The translations under genes and the position numbers were made by a program. Of a DNA stretch of 64,000 nucleotides, positions 52,439-64,000 are shown one piece after another. Position 1 is the first letter of the stretch, and each line of letters starts with the position of its first letter. The DNA lies in assembly GCF_006345805.1 (NCBI RefSeq), contig NC_043005.1, positions 33,356,001-33,420,000 of the forward strand, given 5' to 3'. A model generated the notes under the pieces. It saw only the letters and a list, made by a program, of their open reading frames with translations, did not search any database and was not told where the DNA came from. The stretch comes from Octopus sinensis (taxonomy: Eukaryota).

Positions 52439-52859
52439 GGTCCCTGACCTCCTAATGTGGCAAACCCCTTATTTTTATTCGGAAAAAAATTAGGGTGGAA
52501 ATCGGACCCCCCCCCCCACACACACACACACCATCCCGGAACAGGAATCGTGGCATTTAAAAAAATTTTTTTTTTACGTTGAATGAATTAAAGTGGCCTC
52601 CTAATATGTCACAAAATATCGTTTTGGGGCCGGAAACCGAGTGTTGGGGTGGGGTGGAACCCTCGGAAATTTCAACACCCACTCAACATTTTACAAAAAT
52701 ACGTTTTTGAGAGTGTGGATTACATGGTTCGTTATTAAATAGATATTTACTTGTTGGTACTATATGAATTAATGGGTTAACATTTATATTGTGTGTGTTT
52801 TTGGGGGGTCTTTTGTATTTAATGCTAAAAATATTTTTTCTGAAGTCGTAGCCTACGAA

Positions 52860-53185
52860 ATGTGTGTGTGTATGCATATACATTCATACATACATTCATA
52901 CATACATACATACATACATGCATGCATGCATGCATTCATGCATGCATGCATGCATACATACATACATACATACATACATACATACATACATACATACATA
53001 CATACATACATACATACATACATACATACATACATACATACATACATACATACATACATACATACATACATACAAACACACACACACACACATATACATA
53101 CATACATACATACATACATACATACATACATACATACATGCATGCATGCATGCATGCATGCATACATACACACACACACACACAC

Positions 53186-53232
<47 letters not shown>
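52860..53232. repeat. Compound microsatellite (TACA)n/(TGCA)n/(CA)n/(TAGA)n
   Basis: Direct reading. Similar arrays at 465-620, 1580-1840, 2930-3115, 23028-23215, 47995-48150. Confidence 0.95.
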
Positions 53233-53565
53233 TGAATGTGTAGGTATATATATTTGTAGACACACACAAGGGTTAGTACAAAATTGTTTCAGAAAAGTAC
53301 TTATTACATACCTTTTTGTCAAGTCATTGGATTAATCCCAATAGAATACAAACATTTTTCTAAATTTTTATTAATATAAATATTTGTTCGACTAAACATT
53401 TCAGGGTGTGTGGCAGCGTTTCCGAAAAAGAAAATCAGGTGAAATTTTCTTAGGTACATGTACACATTTAATTGTTTGTCTATTATTACCATCACTCGAA
53501 TTCTATTTGCTATCTAGGGTGTGAAATCCAACATTATTTTGGCAGTTTTTTTTTTTATATATGTA

Positions 53566-53956
53566 CTAGCAGTATCGCCCGGCGTTGCTCGGATTTGTAA
53601 GGGAAATAACTATATAAGCATTTTTAGAGATGTAAAGTATAATAGCCATCTCAATATGGCTAACCACAAAGGGGGGGTGTTACTGTAGCTTTTTACGTTC
53701 TGAGATTTAATAATAAATTTTTAGAGAGTTACTTCCCTTATATTTGCCAAAAATGCATTAAAAATGGGAAAAATTGATGGTAAATTTTTTTTTTAATCGT
53801 AGACTCATCGTAGACGCGCGCTAATACCCAGAAGGGCTCGATATGAATCACGACTATAAGATACCCGGTTTTGGTTAAACTGCACCGCAAAATGTGGGAG
53901 TAGTTAGGAATCTAAATCGTAGGAGACAGACAGCACACAACCTCACTTTTATATAG
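53566..53956 (-). mobile_element. Non-autonomous Helitron
   Basis: Minus strand CTATATAAAAGTGAGG.. to hairpin CCGAGCAACGCCGGG then CTAG followed by T. Confidence 0.8.
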
Positions 53957-54107
53957 TTGTCTCCCCTTAACTATAAGTTTTCATTTAATCGTATTTATCT
54001 TATTTATGTTACGTTGAGAAGCTGCAGAAGGATATAAGCAGCTTCCTACCACTTATATCATAGTCTTCTCCCCAGCACCCTTGACTTCTTTACTTATTGA
54101 CTTATTT

Positions 54108-54489
54108 CTGTGTGGTAAGTAGCTTGCTTACCAGCCACATGGTTCCGGGTTCAGTCCCACTGCGTGGCACCTTGGGCAAGTGTTTTCTACTATAGCCTTG
54201 GGCCGACCAAAGCCTTGAGTGAATTTGGTAGACGTCGTATATATGTATATGTATATATATGTATGTGTGTGTGTATGTTTCTGTGTCTATGTTTGTACCC
54301 CCCACCCAACATCGCTTGACAACCGATGGTGATGTGTTTACGTCCCCGTAACTTAGCGGTTCGGCAAAAGAAACCGATAGAATAAGAACTAGGCTTACAA
54401 AGAATAAGTCCTGGGGTCGATTTACTCGACTAAAGGTGGTGCTCCAACATGACCACTGTCAAATGACTACAAGTAAAAGAGTAAAGAGT
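54108..54489 (+). mobile_element. SINE family A
   Basis: Near-identical to 38325-38737 with a short internal deletion. Confidence 0.88.
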
Positions 54490-56052
54490 ATCCATTGAAA
54501 TGGTTTTAACTTTTGCCCTCGGTTCAAAAATAAATTGACCAACTGTAGACATCGCTGGACTTAGACTTGTCCCACTGAGGACAACAGGTGGTGTCCTCTG
54601 TAATATTTCTGTAAGTACACTATGATAAGAGCCCAACGATAATGTTTGGATAAATATTAAATAGACTTTTAGAACATCTTGGTTCCCCCTTTATATTGAA
54701 ATAACCTGAAAAAAAAAAGCCTCAAGCTTCTAGGAGGTTGAATTTTGGCCCTTGCCCATATAAGGGGATGTAGCCCCCTCCCCCTATACGACCCTTCTGA
54801 TTTTTCTTTCAGTGGTATAATACCAAATTTGGTATCAAGGTTTTTCATTACTCAGGGAAGGTTCTAGTGGGTCAAATTCAAGCATTTTCCAATGATTCCA
54901 CTCCATCCACCCCACGTTTTCCGGACAAATTAAATTATTCTGTGGCATATTAGGAGGTCACCGTAATTCATTTAACGAAAAATAATTCCAATGATTCCGG
55001 GATGGGGGCGGATTTCCAAACAAAACTAAAGGGTTCGCAGCACATTGGGAGGTCAGGGAACTTGATTCCACACAAAAAAATCCGAGGGTTTTTATCTTTT
55101 GTTAATAAAACGCGTGCGGGTGTACTTAACAAAGTTTACCGCAAAATTTACCAAACCTTTTTCTATTACACTGCCAAATAATTGATGTATATGAGATGTT
55201 TGGTCTCACTGTCAGTTTAGTATAAAGATCTGCGCACGTTTGTGAGGGAAGAGGTCATCAGTAATCTAACCTCAGTAGGGATTGTAATGAATGTCACTAG
55301 ACAGTGGGGCTTCTATTTTAAATACATATATTTTCAGAACACTTTAATATCCAAGGTGATTGCCAAGCGTTGTTCAAATTTTTGAAGCCTGCTTTTGGTC
55401 ACCTTGATATAGCTGTACGATTTGTAACGCTGCATTCTTTTGGTCTACTTAAACCGGTACCCAGATTTAAATCTGTTCGATATCTCGGTGTTCTTTGTTG
55501 GCAAGGGGTACTTTACAAGCTCATTAGCATAATGCTACAGGGTTTGGGAGTATATATACAAGGAGAAAATATCACATAAAATTTTCACATTTCAATGTCT
55601 AGAATTGCCTCTAAGTCATTAAAAGTTGTGTCCCTTCGTTCGTTGTTTTACAGATGCTGGATTAGGTGCATATTGCCATAAACTATACAACCGCATTCAT
55701 TTAACACCTCAGTTGTACTATTACAACGACTTTGTGCACTGACCATTTAATAGAATTAGTACTTCCTAAAGATATTCGTTATTTAGTAATATTCCCCTTC
55801 ATCAGTGTAAACTTGAACTGCCAAGAAATAAACTATTAAGTTCAAAAATTTTTTCAATGCTGAACTTTACGGAATATTTTTGGGAAAATAACAGAAGAAA
55901 ATATTAATTGCTATCGCCAAGCTAACATGGCAGTCCAGAAAAATAGGATGAATGCTGCCGTTGATTAACTCTGTCGTAGTCTCCTTTAGAGAGACTTAGA
56001 AATATCAATATTTCTATTTTTAAACAGAAGAAAACGAATCAGAAAATATATA

Positions 56053-56825
56053 TCTATGGATTTTAGAGAAAAAGTGTCATGGAAAAAATTAATTCCTGCC
56101 TAAATAAGGTTACTTTATATAAACTTTTACTGTCCCACCCGTCTCACTCTGAAGGTGAGAGTTTACCTAAAGAACGAATGGTTTCTGACGGTTTTGATGG
56201 ACAGGTTTATCCAAAACACATCAAAAACCATGGGAATAAAACATAACCTTCATTTTAAAAGTGAGGCAGTGAGAATGGGAAAACTTACTTTACTTTAGAC
56301 GAAGTTAAAGAAAGCAGTGAATTCAAATTTTATTAATTTTGGTGACAGGTAAACTAATTTGAAAGGTGTTTCATATTTTAATGACGTAAAACCAAAAGGT
56401 TAAAATATCTTTATTGAAGGTTTCTATTGCAGGTTGACCTTTTGACGAAAATCAGTGTCTAATTGAATGTTTCCATCTGTAACTTTCATTATTTTCGTGT
56501 AGAGCGATGGAATGTTCAGTATTTAGTTAACTTCCTTTGTAACGAAAATGGAGTAATGATAAAGACAGAAACCTGTTTGAGAGATTTTCAATTAAGGAGG
56601 TATTTATTTTCTTCGTTTACAAGGAAAGATATCGGTACGACGAACGACCAAAATGTGGAGAGTTGGGATATTTTGTTAAGGTTATTCTATAGAAATTATA
56701 GTCAGCACTGATTTTTGCTACAATGTTTCGTATCGAGACTTCAGGTGTAAACAAACAGTGAGATCGAAGACAAAAATGGGTAATGAGTGTACATGCCCTA
56801 TTCGCGCGGGGGCGGGCGCATCTAG
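56053..56825 (+). mobile_element. Helitron-like non-autonomous element
   Basis: 3' GC-rich hairpin GCCC..GGGC then CTAG|T at 56822-56825; internal segment shared with 36260-36330; 5' TC start tentative. Confidence 0.5.
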
Positions 56826-57880
56826 TTTTTAAGTCGCCAGTTGTTTTTCTTCATGTGAATGTCGATCAGCAGTGAAATCAACAGGTCATCTCTTCAGTTA
56901 GGTCATTTTTTCACTGTTCTCTGTGTGTATTCTCCCAGCACTGTATGGCAACTTTTAGCTCTGCCATAGGTGACGGAGATGTGGTGCTTTTATAGCAAAA
57001 AATCGGCTCAGAAAGACAGCCCCAAAAGCTAGAATCTCTGCAGGATGTCAGCTCTAGGTGATGTCCCGATTGGTCAGAAGTTCCTTATTCTAGCCAATCG
57101 TAACATTGGATGTAGTGACTAAATATTCCTTCCATACCTTTATGTTCTGAGTTCAAACCCCAGCCAGGTCAAATTTGCCTTTCGTTTGACGCTTCTTTGT
57201 TTCCAGGGTGCTATGAAAGTGAAAGATATTCAATTTGCAAGAAATGGGAGGTGCCCTGGTGAAAATGTGAAAGCGTCTTCATGGCCAAAAAGTAAAATTT
57301 TTTACACAGGTCTTAATATCCTTAAATGCTCAAACGTGTTTTCATGTATTCGAAGTGACATCCACACAATCGATTTGAATTGGATTTTGGATAAAATACT
57401 CTATACATACTTCATGGCAATAAATCTTCCCATGTGCACACAAAAACTATTACTTTCACATTCAGCATGCATCGCTGAGCAAACAAGTCAGTACTTGGGA
57501 ATAGAAGAAGAATTGTTGGCAGTTATCAAAAAGAGTAAGCTGCTGTATTTTGGGCATCTCATTAGGGCCCAAAACCTCAGCCCCCAGAGGTCATTGGCTG
57601 GATAACTTCAAAGAATGAACTGGAAGAAAACACCACTATGGTCAGAGCCAGAAGTCAATGGACAGAGATAATGCATGTGTCCATGATCTGCGACTCTCAC
57701 CAACAAGGATGGGAATAGGCTAAGTTAAGCATAACGTACAGCCAGTAATGTGGGAACAAGGATTCATACAAAAACTTATTTTCCTTGCAAGACTATATCT
57801 ATCACAATGAAAAATATGGGCACACACATGTTAATATTCTTAAGTTATTACACCTGGAAAAGTACAGAACAAGATTTCTA

Positions 57881-58306
57881 CAGTAGAATTTGCCTAATTC
57901 AGTACCTCTAAAGGAAACTAAAAGTACTTATAATATAAAGTCTACTATACTTAAAATATTGCAACCTAGAATAACATTTTCAAAATTTTATTAAAACATT
58001 ACTGGGTTTTTCCAAAAATAAGCCCATCCAATTTTAAGCCCATGGATTTATATTCAGAAGCTCTTTTCATGTATAACCCCAGTAATTTTTATTTTCATAA
58101 AAAAAAAATATTTAAGCAAAATTATATAAATCTGTATATAAGCCCATGGGCTTATTTTTGGGAAAAGCAGTATTTTAAAAATTGAAATAAAATAAAATTA
58201 AGATTTAAAAAAATTCACCTAATTAGTCATCTCTAGGAGAACATTGAAAGTGGCAAATTAGGTGCAGTAATGAATTAGCCAAAGACAAATTAGGTTAATT
58301 CTACTG
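57881..58306. mobile_element. Pogo/Tigger-like MITE with a second MITE nested at 58002-58170
   Basis: TA|CAGTAGAATTTGCCTAATT .. AATTAGGTTAATTCTACTG|TA; inner TA|CTGGGTTTTTCCAAAAATAAGCCCAT .. ATGGGCTTATTTTTGGGAAAAGCAG|TA. Confidence 0.7.
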
Positions 58307-59071
58307 TATTAACGCTAACAAATAAAATTTACTTATGATTTATTTGTCAGATTAAATTTGCTTTTTAATGTGAAAGAATTGACTGAGCATATGGTTGATT
58401 TGAAACCATTTAATGACCATTCTACTGCAATCAATGTTTCTTTCTTTTTGTGTTGTGATTTCAACGAATGTCCAAAAAGTCAAACATTTTTAAGATATTC
58501 TTATTCCAGTTTCAATGAAAAATTATCAAAATTCAGATTTAGGTGGTGTCCTTTAATATCTTATTCTTAGTTGTTTAATAAATTTGTTCAATAATTTGTT
58601 CAATATTTATTTTTGAAAATAAATATTGAGAAAAGATAGTTATAAATCAAGTAGAGAATGTACCCAATTTTTTTTTTTTTTTTTTTGCTCTCAACTGATT
58701 CAGTTTTGAAGTTTTGTACAGCACAGGTGTCACTAAGTTAATTTCATTACCTGGTACTTCTGCAAGTGTCAACTAACTTCAATGAAAATTGCTGGAAAAA
58801 CCTTTCAGCAATACTGGGAATTTTTGGTAATTGTTGACAATAAAATTAGCATAGAAATTTACATAAATTACAATAATTGTTTTACAGGTTTATATGTTAC
58901 TGTAGTTATTCATCTATAATACAAATTTTTTTTCACATCTTTAAATCTCTAAACTTCAAATTTGAGGTGAATTATACTTGAAAACTAGCTTGGTGTAACT
59001 GCAATTTCAGAATTTGTGATATGTAAGGTATTTATGTATAGACAGATACATTGGATAGGTACAGATATATT

Positions 59072-59301
59072 AAGGCGGCGAGCTGGCAGAAACGTTAGCA
59101 CACCGGGCGAAATGCTTAGCGGTATTTCGTCTGCCGTTACGTTGTGAGTTCAAATTCCGCCGAGGTCGACTTTGCCTTTCATCCTTTCGGGGTCGATAAA
59201 TTAAGTACCAGTTACGCACTGGGGTCAATGTAATCGACTTAATACCTATGTCTGTCCTTGTTTGTCCCCTCTGTGTTTAGCCCCTTGTGGGTAATAAAGA
59301 A
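59072..59301 (+). mobile_element. SINE family B (tRNA head, Deu/Nin-like core), young insertion
   Basis: GAGCTGGCAGAA..GAGTTCAAATTCC head, GCCTTTCATCCTTTCGGGGTCGATAAA core; 17-bp TSD ATAGGTACAGATATATT at 59055-59071 and 59302-59318. Older copies near 26400, 26950, 43260, 59770, 60640, 61730. Confidence 0.92.
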
Positions 59302-60011
59302 ATAGGTACAGATATATTTATATCAGAAAGTAATAGAAAATTTGGATTCAGAGAATCAAGCAGTATTCACAGAGAGCTCTCCATTCAGAATAGGCTATCA
59401 ATTTACATAGTAATCAATTACCATGTAGTGTAATGTATTGGGTTGTCTGGAAAGTTCATGCCGATTTTTAATTCCTTTTCTCTTCTGTTTTTGATGGTGA
59501 TATATTTCCTGGGATGTCTTTGCCCCTAATTAGTGGTGGTGCACCTTACACATGTGTACAAATCCACATAGTTTACTTGCATCAGTTGTCAGAACAGGAC
59601 ACACAGATCTTACACATACACATCCATACACAATAAACAAAACAATTTTATTCATCTACTTCCACATAAAACCATTAGCATTATTTTCATATCCAGTACC
59701 ATAAAACCATAATAAATTAAACTAAATATTCTATAGTTGACTGTGTTTATTTTATCATTGTTCTTATTTTTAAGGTGGTGAGCTGGAAGAATAGTTAGCA
59801 ACCTGGGCAAAATGCTCAACAGGATTTCTTCCAAATTTGTGTTCTCAGATCAAATGCTGCCAAGGTTGACTTTGCCTTTCATCCTTTCAAATTTGATAGA
59901 AATATGTACCAGTTGAGCACTGGGGCTGATGTAACCAACTAGACCATCACCCCACCAAAGACCTTGTGATGAAATTCTTCTTCTTCTTCTTATTATTATT
60001 ATTATTATTAT

Positions 60012-60590
60012 GCTTTTCATTCTCCTCATCTTGGTCGCTTCTATTTCTAGGTCTTTGTACTTAAATAACTTCTCAACTTCTTTAATGGACACATTTCTCT
60101 CTGATGGTACTGTCACATCTATTATTAAGCATTTCTTATTCTTTCTTTGATGATTATGTCCAGCCTGTTTGATTTCTTTATCGGTGTTGATTGGCATGTC
60201 CCAGAGTACTGTTACATCATCTTTTCCGGTCACAGTTTCAGGTTTATGCTAGTACCATCTTTCTGAAGTTGGAAGCTGGTAGTATTTACATATCTTCCGA
60301 TGGATATATTGTGCTACTCTATCGTGTCTATGGATATATTTGGTATTTGCAAGCACTGTGCATCCAGTTAAGATGTGGTCCACTGTTTCATCCTGCTTGT
60401 GACACATTTTGCATTTCAGGTCAGTGCCATTGTTCATTATTTTGTTGTGGTAAGCCCTGGTTGCCAAGCTTTGATCTTGTGCTGCTATGATAAAACCTTT
60501 GGTTTCAGCCTTCAGTCCTGAGCTCTTCATCCATACATGAGTGTCTCATTTTTCTACATCTGGTTTGTTCACTTTACATGGATATCAGCC
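60012..60590 (-). mobile_element. R4/Dong-type retrotransposon fragment in (TAA)n context
   Basis: LKAETKGFIIAAQDQSL, CKMC..ETVDHILTGC, RHDRVA, LWD, IIDVTVP, KYKDLEIE motifs; TTA repeats on both sides. Confidence 0.85.
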
Positions 60591-60788
60591 ATGCATTAGT
60601 TCTTATTATGATTATTATTATTGTTGTTGTTATTATTGTGAGCTGGCAGAATCATAAGTATGCTAGATACATTGCATTTCATCCATCTTTACATTCTGAG
60701 TTCAAATTCCGCATTAGGTTGACTTTGCCTTTCATCTTTTTGGAGTCAATAATTCAATTACCAGTTATGCTCTGGGGTTGATGTAAAT

Positions 60789-61007
60789 CAGTGCTTTTCA
60801 AACTTTTTGCTGGAGTGGAACCCCAAGGAAACATTCCACTGGCTCGGGGAACCCCTGTGCAATAATTTAATAGTGTTATGCACACATATCTGCACAGGAG
60901 AATTAAAAATTACTGCCGATTTTAGCAGTTTTGTAACTTCTTGCGGAACCCCTGGACAGTACTGGCGGAACCCTAAGGTTCCGAGGAACCCTGGTTGAAA
61001 ACCACTG
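60789..61007. mobile_element. hAT (Charlie-like) MITE
   Basis: TIRs CAGTGCTTTTCAA / TTGAAAACCACTG; 8-bp TSD ATGTAAAT at 60781-60788 and 61008-61015; inserted in a family B SINE. Confidence 0.9.
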
Positions 61008-61065
61008 ATGTAAATGATTAATTCCCTCCCCTCAAAATTCAGGTTTTGTGCCTATTGTTGAAAGG

Positions 61066-61093
<28 letters not shown>

Positions 61094-61113
<20 letters not shown>

Positions 61114-61667
61114 GAGTGAGAGAGCAGTGCATGCCATCAAAGTGACACTGGGGTAAAATATACGAAGCCCAATATACCCATCATGACTACCCGTCTGATA
61201 AAGGTACACCAGGCACATGCATCACAACCATATGTGCGCGACATGGTGATCTCATATCAAGATAAACAGCACATGACCTTGCAGGTGGGGCCCAGTTAGA
61301 ATTTTCTTCAGGTTGAGTAGCCCATCCCGCTCAAAAGGTCTCTGAATAAGGGTTGTTTAAGGATGTTGAAAGAACCACCCATGTTTCCAGAGGTGAATTA
61401 TTCAAACCCCAAAGAATCCCTCTCAACACATGGCTATGATGCTCCCCCACTACTTCTGCTCGTGATCAGAGATGCACATATCGTCAGCCACTAAGGGACA
61501 TGCTCAACTGCTTAAGGTCAAACAACTGACAAGCAAATCTGTGGTATTGAGCAGAATATTTGCTGTAGCCCATCTTTTATACCAAGACAAAACAATGTAC
61601 ATGATAGCACTTCCAATCAGTTAAGATCAGAAGCCATGAGAGCCACTGCCTGGTACTGCATCAGGGC

Positions 61668-61668
<1 letters not shown>
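61094..61668. mobile_element. 575-bp non-coding element inserted in a (TTA)n microsatellite
   Basis: GC-richer, ORF-less block bounded on both sides by pure (TTA)n runs (61068-61093, 61669-61723). Confidence 0.6.
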
Positions 61669-61724
<56 letters not shown>

Positions 61725-63149
61725 CAATGCAGTGAGCTGGCAGAATCATTAGCAAGTTGTCAAAATGCTTAGTATTGTTATTATTATATTGGATTGAGAG
61801 AATCATAAGAGTATCAGGAAAAATATCTTCTGACTTTTCTTCCAACCCATTACATTCTGAGGTCAAATCTGACTGGAGTCAATTTTGCCTTTCATTTCCA
61901 CTGTGTTCATATTGATTATCCCCTCCCCTCAAAATTGCTGCATTTCCTTGTGCCAGAAGTAGAAACAGTGATCCTTTGTATGTTAGAGCAATAGATTCAC
62001 AGAATTGTTAGAGTATCAGACAAAATGCCATGCAATTTTTCTTTCGGCTCTTTAAAATCTGAGTTCAAATCCAATCAATGTAATTTTTGCCTTTCATTCT
62101 TTCAGGATCAGTAAAACAAAGTACCAGTCTATATTGAATAATACACTCCACCACCTTCAAAACTGCCTAAATTAAGAACAATTGTTATATTCCATGTTTG
62201 TCTTCCTTTCATACCCAAACTTGTTCTTGAGTAGCTTATTCCATGTTAGTCTTCATTACACATACACAACATTACATTTACAACATAGATATCTCTATGA
62301 CTTCCAGTTTTATTGGAATAAAAGAAAGCAATGCACTTTTTGCCTTAGGCAGTAATTTACTTGGAGTTTCATTAATCTTTCTTTCATCAGTAGCATCAGA
62401 GTGTGGCACATTAGAGAGTTGAATCACAAGTAAAACCTCTATGAGATTTGGCAGATACTTGAATCTTTTCCTTGCAAATTTTCAGTGATAAAAATTGTAA
62501 ATAACCACATATAACATGATTTCTATGGTACTTTGGTATCACAATTATTCATACTTGATGCTACATAGTTTAGAAATTTAGGATCCATTCCAGATATTGC
62601 AGGAAATAGTGTTATCTGCAACATTTGATAATTTAGAAACTTAGAGTAAAGCTTGTTCACCTCACTGAACCAAAATGAGTAAAAACATTCACTTTATCTG
62701 TCAAAAGAAATAATAAACCAGAAGAACTAAGCTCTTACTGCTTCCCAGAAATAAATAAATAGTATTCTTTAGGAATTCACACTGTAAAATGATGTTTTAA
62801 AAGACTTTATTATAACATTTCTGTAGAAAGCATAAACAGCTATGAAAATTCTTCCATTTGCTTGAATCTAAAATATTACTGTTGTTGATTAATCTGTTGA
62901 TTGTGAATTTAGTTTAAACCCAAGACATCTGTACAACTAAAATGATATTCTTTATCATTTACATCATCTTTCAGACAAAATATTTGGTTTCATAAATTTA
63001 TCCAAAACTTTTAAGAAAAACTGTAATTATGTGCCTGCCTGGCAGGTGAATTAATGGGTTTTCTTTTCACAACAAATTGAAAATGGTGAATGATGGCAAA
63101 ATAGCATCTGATAAGATGGTAAACAGATCTTTAATACTGGATTTGAGAG

Positions 63150-64000
63150 AAGGAGGAGGGCTTTTGGTTGTAAATCCTTCTTTAATTTGGAATGTCTGAG
63201 TTCGTGGATGTTGAGTTGTAGGGCACATTGAAAATCTGTATCAATTAGTGATGGTGGGTAGTTCCTGCTGATAAGTGTATCATTTGGTTCATGTAGTTAT
63301 GGTGTTCCCGGTGCTTGTATCAGATACTATAGTACAAATCCTTTTTGTCAGGTTGAAGGAGATATTCATTCTAGTGTGTCTGGGGTGACATGAGTTGAAA
63401 GGTAGATATTGCTGGTGTCCGTGGGCTTATAGTATATGTCTGTCTCTATTTTGTTGTTTGATTTCTTAATGAGGATGTCATATATTGGAAGTTGTTGATG
63501 GCTATATTCCATCTTGAATTGAATGTTTATGTCAAGCCCATTTAGAAGAGTTTGAAATTCTTTAAGTCTCTCTATACTTTCATGCCAAAGAATGAAGCAG
63601 TCATCTAGATGCCTCTCCCAGTTATTTTCTATGTACAGGTAGAATAGGTTGCCATATCTTTCTAGTAACTTATGATAAAAATTGATTTCTAGGTATTCCA
63701 TGACTAGGTTAGCAAAGGAAGGGGCTATTCTCATACCCATCGCAGTCCCCAATTCTTGTTGATAGAAGTTGTCTTTGAAGATGAAGAAGTTATTTTCCAA
63801 AATGAATTTTAGCCCTTCTATTACAAATTCTTTTTTGATGCAGTGTGGGAGTTCATTGGAGTAATTCTCTAGCTGGAATTGGATGTTGACTACATCGAAT
63901 GATACTAGTAGGGCGTTTTTATTTATTGTTTCAGGGAGGTGATTGAGCATATCTAGGTCGTCCCTTATGTAGCTTTTGATATGCTTAATGGTTTCAAGAG
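63150..64000 (-). mobile_element. Penelope-like element reverse transcriptase, degenerate; continues past window end
   Basis: SFDVVN, ILENNFF, YQQELGTAMG, APSFANL, RHLDD (mutated RYxDD), IQFKME, TDIYYKPTDT, then frameshift into YLPFNSCHPRH typical of the PLE RT thumb. Confidence 0.88.

Noticed and set aside
55730-55810. Minus-strand CTGATGA followed by a stem
   Set aside because: GAAA core and stem I partner are missing; at most an unrecognisably decayed ribozyme.
62350-62400. Minus-strand CTGATGA..GAAAC..GTA hammerhead-like motif
   Set aside because: No pairing for stem I or stem II; likely chance.

Overview
AT-rich, microsatellite-dense animal DNA. The SINE, RTE and mariner repertoire is the one I associate with octopus (coleoid cephalopod) genomes; this taxon call is inferred from repeat content. 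One host gene is recognisable: LYRM1 on the minus strand, with three coding exons read directly with GT-AG boundaries (47731-47924, 40047-40107, 35787-35818; 82 aa assembled). Its last exon was not found in the window. The rest is nested mobile DNA: CR1-group and RTE LINEs, two R4/Dong-type fragments, a Penelope-like RT, several mariner/Tc1 copies (two in fold-back form), a Ginger/GIN-type integrase plus a TGT..ACA MITE, Helitrons, hAT and pogo-like MITEs, and many tRNA-derived SINEs. The most unusual feature is a spacer-less perfect palindrome of about 436 bp (1810-2245) carrying two identical, outward-facing minimal type I hammerhead ribozymes. A decayed hammerhead-like motif lies at about 29.5 kb. 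Most ORF-track entries are microsatellite or antisense-to-TE artefacts.
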